The position numbers were made by a program, and so were the translations under genes. This document shows positions 29,189 through 39,412 of a stretch of DNA of 64,000 nucleotides, piece after piece (the first letter of the stretch is position 1; each line of letters starts with the position of its first letter). Below the pieces are notes generated by a model. The model was not told where the DNA came from. It ran no database searches and was given only the letters and a program-made list of their open reading frames with translations. This DNA comes from Paecilomyces variotii (taxonomy: Eukaryota), in assembly GCA_004022145.1 (NCBI GenBank), contig RCNU01000008.1; one strand, given 5' to 3'.

Positions 29189-30428
29189 ATGGCCACTCTT
29201 TGCCGCGCCTTCAACACCAGACTTCCGCGTACTGTCAATATCAATAATCCCATCATCAACCCATCATCCTCCAAGCTCCGTCCTCTCATTCCGCGACGCA
29301 ACCTCGGCATCCCGCCACAGTACCTCCTGGACGAGTACATCCCACGCTACCAGCTACTTACATCCGTCGAGGCGGCCAAGAAACGCTCCCAAGCATATGC
29401 ACATTTGCAAAACTGCAATTTGTGCCCCAGAAAATGTGGCGTTAACCGGTATAAGGAGACGGGGGTGTGTTTGATTGGGGCGGAGACAGCGAAGGTTAAT
29501 GTGATCGCACCGCATTTTGGTGAGGAGCCCTGCATTACGGGATATCGGGGGAGTGGATCGGTTTTCTTCTCGGGGTGTAATTTGAGATGTGTGTTTTGTC
29601 AGAACCATGTAAGGGAGTTCATCTTGTCTCTTTTTCTCTTTTCTTTCCGTCGTTATGTCTCGATTTTTTCTTTGCTGGGTTTAGTTTGGGGGATGTGCTA
29701 ATAGGTAATATGTGTGACAGGACATCGCGCACCAGCGGAAAGGATTCGATTTGACACCAGAAGAACTGGCAGAGTGGTACCTTAAACTACAGCAGGTTGG
29801 AAACGTACATAACATCAACCTGGTTACGCCAGAGCATATCGTCCCGCAGGTAGCACTATCCATCCTAGCTGCTCGAGACATGGGTCTCAAGTTGCCAGTG
29901 ATCTACAATACCTCGTCATTTGACTCTCTCGCTTCCATAGAGCTGATGGACGGTCTGGTCGATATCTACCTGGCCGATTTCAAGGTCTGGAAGAACAGCA
30001 CTTCGAAACGATTGCTCAAGGCGGACAACTATGCGGAGACAGCTATGGAAAGCATCAAGGCCATGCACAAGCAGGTTGGTGATCTGTGCTTTACGTCTGA
30101 TGGTATCGCCAAGAAGGGTGTCTTGCTCCGTCATCTAGTCATGCCGGGCAAGGAGGATGAAGGTAAAGAGATCGTGAGATGGCTGGCAGAGAATGTGTCC
30201 AAGGATATGTATATCCATATCATGGAACAGTACCATCCTGATGCTCATGTGGGAAAGAAAAAGCGCGCCACCAAGCAGGCGGAAGGTGGCCCGGAGGAGG
30301 AGGTCCGGTATGCGGATATCAACCGTGCTGTGACTGATCAGGAGCTGGGCAGTGTGAAGGACGCTGCGCGCGAGGCTGGGATGTGGCGATTCGTCGAAGT
30401 CAATGAGCAAGGCGGGTTCCATCTATGA
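29189..30428 (+). CDS. Radical SAM protein, PflX-like (pyruvate formate-lyase activating enzyme-related)
   Basis: N-terminal CNLCPRKCGVNR, HFGEEPCI, radical SAM motif GCNLRCVFCQN, NINLVTP, DIYLADFK, RHLVMPG, MEQYHP; intron 29609-29720. Confidence 0.88.
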
Positions 30429-31190
30429 GGAGATCGAGCGGGACCGGACCCTCTGTGGTCGGTACATCCTTTGTCTGCGACTGAAATATGAGGCAGTCGT
30501 TGGACCTCATACGGGATTAGAGCTTATAGTTAGCTCAAGCACACGCTCTTCTGCTTGAGCAGGAGTCTCTGGGCATTACATGCACCCAAGGCGTGTCATA
30601 ATCCCGGTGGAGAGCTCGTTCCTGATCTGCCACCTCACCATAAGGCGGTGATCTCTGGATGACCAGGCCGCTCTCCAGAATACAACTCGGGGAGGCAATC
30701 TTTGGTGATGCACAGCAGCACGCTCTAAAGCTTGTCACGGCTTGTCACAGCTTCAGCCTGGCTAGTCCCTTCCACTCGCAATACTCTTGCCGATCTTGGG
30801 AACCGATCGGTGACACAGTCTATTCGGAGCACGGACTTGCTGCAGTCTGCACGAGGACATACAGTGTGCTGTACTGTTTATAGGAGTCACTATTGTACAA
30901 TATGTTCTCAATAATAAATCGGGCTACAGAATACAAGAATCGATGACTATCTTACAGTTCTTATTTCTGTCGTAGCCGTATGGTTCTGTAGGGAAAATAA
31001 GAGCATAGGTAGACATACATACTTACTTAGCTTGGCCAGAGCTCCGCTCGGGGAGCTCTCCGCAATTCCATCATAGCTAACAATTTGAAACCTCCCCTCC
31101 AATTCCCCGACCAGCCATGGGACCATTCCCCTCTCCCATCTCTTCAGCTATTTTCCAATAGGAAATACCAAAGCACTGGAGGCTACAGCT

Positions 31191-32474
31191 ATGAAACCTT
31201 ATGTCGCCATTCCGGCGACCCTGGCCCTCGTCTATCGCGCCTGGTCTCGCAAATCGCTGACGACTACGGGCATCGTCGCTGCCGCCATTACTGCTCTCGT
31301 CCACGCCCAGCACCCGTGGTCGACACCGTTTACTCTTCTGGTCATCTTTTATCTGGGCGGAACGACTGCGACGAAGGTTAGAGCTTATGGTTTATTGGAC
31401 TACTGCCGCCTTGTGGAGCGCTGTAGGGCTGATGCGCTGACTTCCCCGAACCGAGCAGGTCAAACATGATATTAAAAGCCAACTGACCGTCTCCTCGACC
31501 GGGTCTAGCGGTGGAGAGGGCCCTCGAACGCATATTCAGGTCCTGGCCAACTCTATTATCGCGTCCATCTTGACGCAGTTACACTCAAGACAGCTGGCGC
31601 GGAGTGGGCGGGATTGCTTTTCGAAGGGAACAGATGCGGCGGATTTGTTGATGGTTGGAGTTGTTGCGTGAGTAGTGCACTTGAAATAATCGGAGGAGGA
31701 AAGAACAAACACTCATTGACGAAATAGAAATTACGCCGCCGTTGCTGCCGATACCTTCTCCTCTGAACTCGGCATTCTCTCCAAGTCGAAACCGCGCCTC
31801 ATAACCTCCCTGACGCTCCGCGTCGTTCCGCCAGGCACCAACGGCGGTGTTACAGCCGCTGGTCTTCTGGCTGGTCTGTTTGGTGCTTTCACCATCGCAG
31901 TAACGTCAACGGTGCTGCTACCTTTCTGTTCGGACTGGGGATATGGAGAGAAGGGGTTATGGATTGCTGGAGTGACACTGTGGGGTGGACTGGGAAGTCT
32001 TCTGGATAGCTTCCTGGGCGGGTGGCTCCAGAGTAGTGTGGTCGATAAGCGGACTGGGAAGATTGTCGAAGGCAGTGGCGGACAGAGGGTAATACGCCCT
32101 GTCATATCTTGTCCTCAATTGACCTTTTTGATGAATATTCGCTAATCTTTGCCGATGCTCAGGTCCTCATACACCCTTCTTCCACCCAACCTGCCGGTGC
32201 GGCTGCCTTGCCGAAGCAAAACACCGGTCTTCGGACCACTCAAGAAACTGCGAATACTGCAACCCTGAAAGGTGCCAAAATCACGGGGTCATCAGCAGGG
32301 TCGCAGCCGGGAAGTCATGACCCGGAACACGAGAGCCGAAAGGTCGAGAGCGGGTTCGACTTGCTTGATAATAACGACGTTAATGTCTTGATGGCGACGA
32401 TTATGAGCATTGGTGGAATGGCGGTTGCAGGTTACATTTGGGATGTTCCGCTGAGCGCTGCTTTTGCGAAATAA
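31191..32474 (+). CDS. DUF92/TMEM19 family integral membrane protein
   Basis: KSLTTTG, GGEGPRTHIQVLAN, AADTFSSELG, VPPGTNGGVT, GSLLDSFLG and LDNNDVN; introns 31377-31458, 31668-31727 and 32089-32162. Confidence 0.9.
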
Positions 32475-32829
32475 TCATACAGACAACTCCCAAGGAAACC
32501 ATGGTTGTTCAGACGTCAGTATACTTAGCTATGGCCTTAAAGCTAACATACCTACGGGGCGTCTAATTATACTACTGGTAAAGGAATATTTCTTCTTCTG
32601 ATGCTCTTAGGAGCGGTATTCCAAGTGATTTTAGAAAATGCCGGATGATATTATGTTCCATTCCATATTGGATTTCTGTAATTTCCAACCTTGGCTACAA
32701 TTCTGTCGCAGTATCATATATTGTGATGGAAACGTAACCATCCAGCTACCCGGTCACAAGTTCACTAGCTGTGGAAATGGATACAATAACCCATATAGGC
32801 ACAACCTCGGACGGTAGCCATGGCCCACC

Positions 32830-34167
32830 TTAGGAGAAGAAACGATTCTTCGGCCGTGGAAGACCAAGGTGTTCGCGCAACGTCGTCCCTTCATACTCCT
32901 TACGGAAAATACCACGACGTTGCAGCTCCGGTACCAGCCGGTCGACAACATCATCCAGACCTTGTGGAACGAATGGGAAAGTGACGGTGAACCCATCAGC
33001 AGCCTCCTGTTCCAACCAGGTACCTAATTCATCAGCGATAGTCTCAGGAGTCCCGACAAAGGCGAGTCCGGCATAACCACCATAGCGCTGCGCAAGTTGC
33101 TTAACTGACAGGTTTTCTTCCTTGGCGAGCTTTATCGCTCCCTCGCGACCAGTTTTGCTGGCGTTTGTCTCTGGCAGGTCCGTCGGCAGTGGACCGTCCG
33201 GGTCGAAACCAGATGCATCAGTCCCCAGAACAACAGACAGTGAAGCAATAGCACTGTCGTAATGGACACGGCTATCAAGCTCGAGACGTTTCTCTTTTGC
33301 CTCCTCAACCGTATCTCCGATAATTATGAGAGCAGCAGGCAGGATCTTCAGATGATTGGGATCGCGACCGGCAGCAACTGCCCGTCCTTTGATATCCGCA
33401 TACAGAGCCTTTGCGGATTCGATGTCTCGCGGTGAACAGAAGACCGCCTCAGCCGTCTCAGCTGCTAACTGCTTCCCAGGCTCAGACTGACCAGCTTGAA
33501 CAATGACCGGCCAGCCCTGTACTGGTCGCGCTATATTCAGCGGCCCCCTCACCTTCAAGTGGTCCCCCTTATGGTTCAAAACATGCAACTTCTCCGGGTC
33601 AAAATAGATACCACTCTCCTGGTCCCGGACAAATGCATCATCGGCGAAGCTATCCCATAGACCAGTAACCACATCATAGAACTCTCGAGCCCTCTTATAC
33701 CGCTCTCCATGCTCCACATGCTCGTCTAATCCAAAATTCTTTGCAGATTCTGGATTCCCGGTCGTGACGATATTCCACGCCGCTCGACCATTACTAAGAT
33801 GATCCAGCGATGCGAATCGTCTAGCAATATGATACGGTTCATCATATGTCGTCGATGCAGTGGCCGCCAGCCCGATCCTCTCCGTTACCTGCGACAGGGC
33901 AGAGAGTAGAGTGAAGGGCTCAAAGGACGTAACGGTGTGACTGCGTTTCAATGCATCGACGGGCATATTCAACACAGCAAGATGGTCAGCCATGAAGAAG
34001 GCGTCGAACTTGGCTTTTTCCAGCTTCTGGATGGATGATTTCAGATGGTTCAGGTTGAAATTGGCATCTGGATAAGCGCCGGGATAACGCCATGCTCCGC
34101 TATGTAAACTGACCGGACGCATGAACGCGGTGAGGTGTAATTGCTTGGACTGTTTTGAATCCGACAT
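32830..34167 (-). CDS. FMNH2-dependent luciferase-like monooxygenase, NtaA/SnaA/DszA family (intronless, 445 aa)
   Basis: FDAFFMADHL, FEPFTLLSAL, IGLAATASTTYDEPYHIARRFASLDHLSNGRAAWNIVT, GPLNIARPVQGWPVIVQAGQS, VPELQRRG, YEGTTLREHLGL; ATG at 34167 after a poly(A) tract. Confidence 0.93.
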   Translation of the reverse strand: MSDSKQSKQLHLTAFMRPVSLHSGAWRYPGAYPDANFNLNHLKSSIQKLEKAKFDAFFMADHLAVLNMPVDALKRSHTVTSFEPFTLLSALSQVTERIGLAATASTTYDEPYHIARRFASLDHLSNGRAAWNIVTTGNPESAKNFGLDEHVEHGERYKRAREFYDVVTGLWDSFADDAFVRDQESGIYFDPEKLHVLNHKGDHLKVRGPLNIARPVQGWPVIVQAGQSEPGKQLAAETAEAVFCSPRDIESAKALYADIKGRAVAAGRDPNHLKILPAALIIIGDTVEEAKEKRLELDSRVHYDSAIASLSVVLGTDASGFDPDGPLPTDLPETNASKTGREGAIKLAKEENLSVKQLAQRYGGYAGLAFVGTPETIADELGTWLEQEAADGFTVTFPFVPQGLDDVVDRLVPELQRRGIFRKEYEGTTLREHLGLPRPKNRFFS

Positions 34168-34186
34168 TTTGTTTTTTTTTTTTTTT

Positions 34187-34238
<52 letters not shown>
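34168..34238. repeat. Long poly(T)/poly(A) tract
   Basis: About 71 nt of T with two G interruptions; 51 uninterrupted T at 34188-34238. Confidence 0.95.
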
Positions 34239-35048
34239 CTTTCTTTCTTTTTTGCTTCTCTTGATTCCTGTCGAGATTTGATACTCTTGTATAGCTTTTG
34301 TAATGTATGTAGTAGTGTAGCTCAACAACCACCAGCAAATAAAGCTCGATAAAAAAGGACGAACAGCGCAGCTAAAGCAGTCACTTATATATTCCTTATC
34401 TTGTATATATATCCCATGCATTAACTACAGCGATGATGCCGCTGATGACAAATGCAATAACGCTCACCCTGTCCATTTGGGTAATGGCGGCAATCACGAC
34501 ATCGAGATGCGGGGCTTTGTGATTACCCATTATCGCTCTTTGCGTGAATCCGCAGCTCATCACTGGTCGAGATAGATATTCGGTCATTTCTTATTTCCGT
34601 GGCAGTCATCATGTTTCTGTTTTGTGTAGGCTGTGTCTTTTATAGCAAGGAGTGAGGGTTCGGGGTCTATAGTGTGTGTGATGTTAGGCGTACAACTCAA
34701 GCTATCTATATATACCTACCTATGCCATATATCCTACCTTACACAGCTCTTTCTATGGCTCAAAAAGGGACATTTTGGTATATTCTAAGCGCAGTTCCAT
34801 TGCCTACTTCCACTGCAGATCATCAGCCAGCTTTGAGGTGTCCAAAGGATGAGACGACAACGCTGACGATATATTCGATTTCGTCATCAAACACGGATCC
34901 TGTGTGATATCTATGCGTGGTGTCAGTGGATTTCATTAATACGAGCAAGGGAGAAAAAATAAATAAAATAATAACACCAGATAGTATACCCCAGGGTTAT
35001 ATTGAGTGAAGAGTTGAAGAATCAATAATAAAAAAAAGCAAAAAGATA

Positions 35049-35122
35049 TGACCAGACTGGGGCTCGATCCCAGGACCTTATCGGTGTTAACGATACGTCA
35101 TAACCAACTAGACTATCCGGCC
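35049..35122 (-). tRNA. tRNA-Val (anticodon AAC), intronless
   Basis: Reverse complement GGCCGGATAGTCTAGTTGGTTATGACGTATCGTTAACACCGATAAGGTCCTGGGATCGAGCCCCAGTCTGGTCA folds as a cloverleaf; anticodon arm TATCG-TTAACAC-CGATA; T-run terminator downstream. Confidence 0.93.
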
Positions 35123-35373
35123 TTCTTGTTGGTATCACGTGAATCCGAATGCTTTATGAGGGTAAAATCATTGCTTCCGGAACTACTGCTGTTTCTCGAG
35201 GCCTCCAGTGGTTTAGCACAGGCAGTGTGTGTGTAGACAGAACAGGAGGCCTCTGTTCTTCGAGAGGGCACTTAAAATGTGAGTGAGTTGATTAAATTAT
35301 CTACTCTATACCTAGTCATGCAAATGTTGGTGTTTGCCAAATGTATGCACTGCATGATCTAGGGCAATAAAAG

Positions 35374-35391
35374 ATATATATATATATATAT
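35374..35391. repeat. (AT)n microsatellite
   Basis: About 9 AT units read directly. Confidence 0.85.
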
Positions 35392-35620
35392 CGTGCCATG
35401 CTCCATGCTCTTCCCTTTCCAGGATGTGTGCTTTATGCAGCGCTTAAACATGAGACATAGTTGGTTTACCAGGATAGAGTCAGTGTCATAAGTCATATTG
35501 ACGAATTGTATCACCATTTGCATACTAGATTATTTGCACATAACCCCTCATGTACCTCTTTCCCACTGGGTAAGAACCTCAGATATGTTCCATGCGTGCA
35601 TGTCATCCCCGACGATAGTT

Positions 35621-36673
35621 TCAATGACCCTGCTGTGAATTTTCGCTAGCTGGAAGATCCGACCTTGAAGCTGCATCGGTATGGCATTCTCCAGCTCCTG
35701 AGTTTTCTTTATTTGTCTGGCGAAGCCTCCTTTGCGCCTCCATAACCTGCGCATACATAGTCTCCGCGTGCCTAAGTATGATCCGTTTCTTCTCCAGATC
35801 GGATAGGCCTGGCTGGAAGAGGCTCAAATAGACCTCAACATCTTCACCCTCCTTATATTTTCCAATACAGGATCGGGCTTTCATGAAGAACATCCTCGCT
35901 CTCTTATGGTCTCCTCTCACATATTCGACCCGCCCAAGCCAATACTTGCACCTACCCTCAAGGGGTTCGTAATCAAAAGTCCTCGCAAGTTCAAGTGCCT
36001 CTCTAGCCAATTCTTCCGCCTTATCGGGGTCGTCCGCATTCAAACAAGCCTGTGCATGTAAGAGCGTAGTCGTTATGCAACGCTGCGTCATAATATCCTC
36101 AACGTTGTCATATAGAAACTGCGACATCGGAACAGCCGCAGGAGGAGGCCAAACAGGCTCATTCATCCTACCTCGTAACGACCTCTCCCATTTCGCATAA
36201 TCCCTTTTTGACTCTTGCTCGATCATGCGTTGGGTCTCCCGATATCGTTTTAATCCAGATTCAGCGCGTGCTTTCTCATTATTCCAGAGGGCGCGGAATC
36301 CGTCTCTCTCTAAACGCAAACGCTGGATCTGCTCTTCAACAAGAGACTGGTAACGACGGAAATCTTCACGGGATATGGGATCGGTCGAGTCTGAATGCCA
36401 CGGTTCGAGAGTATCGTAGTCACCATCTTCATCATCATCATCATCCCCTCCGCTTGATAGAGAGGGTGATGCAGAGTCACTATCCCCATGTAGTTCATCT
36501 CCCCCGTTTGTCGAAGTGTCAGGCGTTCCTAGTGACCTTGTGTGATCTTCCGAGTGCATTCCAGATGCCATGTGCTCGTCATCGCTGAAGTTTGAGGATA
36601 TAGGGTCGGACGCCAGGGGGTCCAAGCCCAACATACCAGTTGTCTGTTCATAGTTTCCGTCTTGGTCGTTCAT
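35621..36673 (-). CDS. Hypothetical 350-aa protein: acidic disordered N-terminus, coiled coil, TPR-like C-terminal helices
   Basis: Long ATG-initiated intronless ORF; TPR-like segments AEELAREALELA and CKYWLGRVEYVRGDHKRARMFFMKA. Confidence 0.65.
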   Translation of the reverse strand: MNDQDGNYEQTTGMLGLDPLASDPISSNFSDDEHMASGMHSEDHTRSLGTPDTSTNGGDELHGDSDSASPSLSSGGDDDDDEDGDYDTLEPWHSDSTDPISREDFRRYQSLVEEQIQRLRLERDGFRALWNNEKARAESGLKRYRETQRMIEQESKRDYAKWERSLRGRMNEPVWPPPAAVPMSQFLYDNVEDIMTQRCITTTLLHAQACLNADDPDKAEELAREALELARTFDYEPLEGRCKYWLGRVEYVRGDHKRARMFFMKARSCIGKYKEGEDVEVYLSLFQPGLSDLEKKRIILRHAETMYAQVMEAQRRLRQTNKENSGAGECHTDAASRSDLPASENSQQGH

Positions 36674-37068
36674 ATCGGGAAGAGACCTCGCTGTTATCGT
36701 AGAAAGTTCGGAATAGAAGAAGAAATCTAGTCTATGTAGTAGAAGGAGTTAAGTGTGCGGTGAAAAATGAAAGTAGAGGGATGACATGTTGCCCATTCTA
36801 GCTGGCGGCACTTCCCCACAGAAAGCGAGTATCGTGCGGAAGATGCCACCAACCTTGACATACCATAGATAGTTCCTAAAGAAATTATCACAGAAACAGG
36901 TTTTACTACTCTTTTTGTAAGCTTGTCTTTGTATATATCAATCATCTTCTGCATTAGATATGAAGGAACGACAAATTACGGTTCGAAGAATCCCCCTTTA
37001 TTTTTGTGAAAACATCCTCACAGACACCATAGCAATTCTCTTCGACTATTTATCAATAGTTTAAGGCA

Positions 37069-38001
37069 TTACTTAGGACGCCTTCGTACAAGGTCGAGAT
37101 AATAATCCGGTTCGTCACGTGTCGACTCCTTGTCTGGATATATCTGTCCGGGAGAGATAAGACTCACACAGTCCTCATTTGCTCTCGATGTTTGGGACAA
37201 CGGAAGTTCTGTAACATCTAAAGGATGCACTTGCAGAAGAGGGCGCTGGCCTCTCCCGAACTTTTCTCGCATATGGTTTCTTACTGCTTCGCGCTGCTAC
37301 TTCTGCGCTTTATCTTGATAACCAGGGGTATGCAGAGCATGAGCAAACGACTGGTAGGCGGCTTTCCAGTTCTGCTGAACCATCATATCTTTCCCCTTGA
37401 TGAAATAGGAAACCCCACTGAGTTCCCTGGCTTGCACATGATCCGAAACGCAATGTTCCTCGCAGCGCCTGAGCACATTGTCCACAATATAAGACGACTC
37501 ATCGTGTACTCCACTGCTATGTAAAATGGCTGCCATGAACAGACGACATTTCATGGCATCATACCAATCGATATTGGGATTCTTCGTTAGGATACTGCTG
37601 ACTGCATTGAGAGCGTTCTGGGGATGACCAGTTAACCAGTGCATCTCTGCCTCACCAAGTACTGCCGAGTTGCTGGAGGAGCAGAGCCAAGTGTCTTCAA
37701 TCCATGCCAGATCAGTACTGGAGTCCACCACAGGGCTTACAGCGGGGAAGTAAGCACATTCCTCTGATATCCCTGTTATGCGCACCAGACCCGACTGCAC
37801 CCGTGATATAAGAGTGTCGTATTCGGCAATCTGGCTTTCAAAAGAATCAATCAAATCATGGAAATAATACAGATTACGGCGGACAGCCTCTCTCTCGTCC
37901 GCGACCTTGTTGAGCAGTTCTAGCAAGTGATCTGTTTCTCGCGATAGCCGCTGGGATCTTTTCCTATCTTCGTGATTGGGGCTTGCCACATAATACTCCA
38001 T
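37069..38001 (-). pseudogene. Hypothetical coiled-coil/TPR-like gene interrupted by one in-frame TAG (or a truncated 234-aa CDS 37297-38001)
   Basis: The ORF from ATG 38001 ends at TAG 37297-37299; the same frame stays open for a further 75 codons to TAA at 37069. TPR-like segment SYFIKGKDMMVQQNWKAAYQSFAHAL. Confidence 0.5.
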
Positions 38002-39412
38002 GTTTAAATCGAATGGAAAGACAATATATTGTTCAGGAATTTGACAATATTGCAAGCTTGGTACGTGATGTGAGATCTCCTGTCTTTTATCAGTGCGGTC
38101 ACTCAGCTAAACCACCAGAAGCTCTTTTCATTCGAAGAAATGTCCCAAACAGTCTCCAATTACTAATAATAGGCAGTAAAGAAGCACAAGGAGCGAAAGG
38201 AAGACAGCACATCCAGGCTTTGTTTTCCTGGCCCGACGTCTTCTTTGTTGCAGTCATTGTTCTCCTTTCATGCCTTCGAAATGCCTGGTAGACTAGTTCG
38301 CTCTGGCTACTAAGTATGCATCTGACTGCGTCTCACCGTCCTACTGACGAAACACGGACGATTTCTTAACTAATTAGCTTCCGCACTTCCAGAATTGCGG
38401 GCTACAGTTCAGCGAGGATAGCTTTGGCGAGAAAATCGTCTCTACTCTCGCCGGGTCGCCGAGCTATCTGCTTCGAATTGAAGCTATTTATCAGTCCGTC
38501 AAGGAAGGCTTCTAGGCCTGCGCCGCGGCGGGGAAACTTGGCTGAACGCGGCAGGAATCAAACAGGACAAACGAGGCAAACTCTCCACCATGAGCAACCC
38601 CGCTCTCTACCGCGTTCCGGATGTTGATCTTCTGGTTGGATTGTACAGTAAGGATACTGACCAGAACCGGATCCTTTCGGTTGTACTTCAACGCTAAGAC
38701 TGGCAGGCAAACTGCAGTTCATGCGTCATACGCTCGAAATGACTCGTCTGTTCCTTGCTGCTGCTCCTGCATATGTTCTTATTGGATTATCTCCATCAGG
38801 CTGGGAGGGCGCGAGGCGCCTTGACCCCTCTCAAGGATGACCAGAAAGCAAAAGAAAAACACGGGGAACGGGGAATTGGATCTTCTCACCAGAGATGCTC
38901 GGTCGTCCCGTCCCTGCTGCTTGGAACAAACACATTTCTAGGTGACAAGAAGATCGCAGATGGGATTGCCCGATAACCACCATGGTTTGAGTGGAACACA
39001 GCTACGTCAGGATTGGAAAAAAGAAGGGTCCACTACATGGAAACTCACTCAACGCCAGCGGACTTTGTAACCGCCATGGTCGGAGATGCGCTATTTGCGC
39101 CTGCCCCGGGACGCCGTTCTAATGGCTCCATGATCCAGGAACGAACATGGGCTGACTGCTTATGCGATGATCCGGACCCCGTATAAATGAACTCTATTCC
39201 GCTGATTTGGGGGCCTGTCCATTCGACATTATTGTATCTACTAGCAATATCGACGATCCATCAGACTTCACATGTAATAAATTGTTTGTCAACCTGCAAC
39301 CTCCGAACTGTTTTCTCTACACGACAATAGTGACTTTTCGCTCGCTTCCCATCGAGACGCCGGCTCATTGGTTTTTTTGAATTGCTTTTCACACGTGTAC
39401 TGAGACGTCATC

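Noticed and set aside
34050..34421. Poly-Lys/poly-Phe ORFs and the 57-aa poly-Lys N-terminal extension of the monooxygenase
   Set aside because: These are translations of the homopolymer tract; family similarity starts at the ATG at 34167.
35048..35236. 62-aa ORF
   Set aside because: It is antisense to the tRNA-Val gene.
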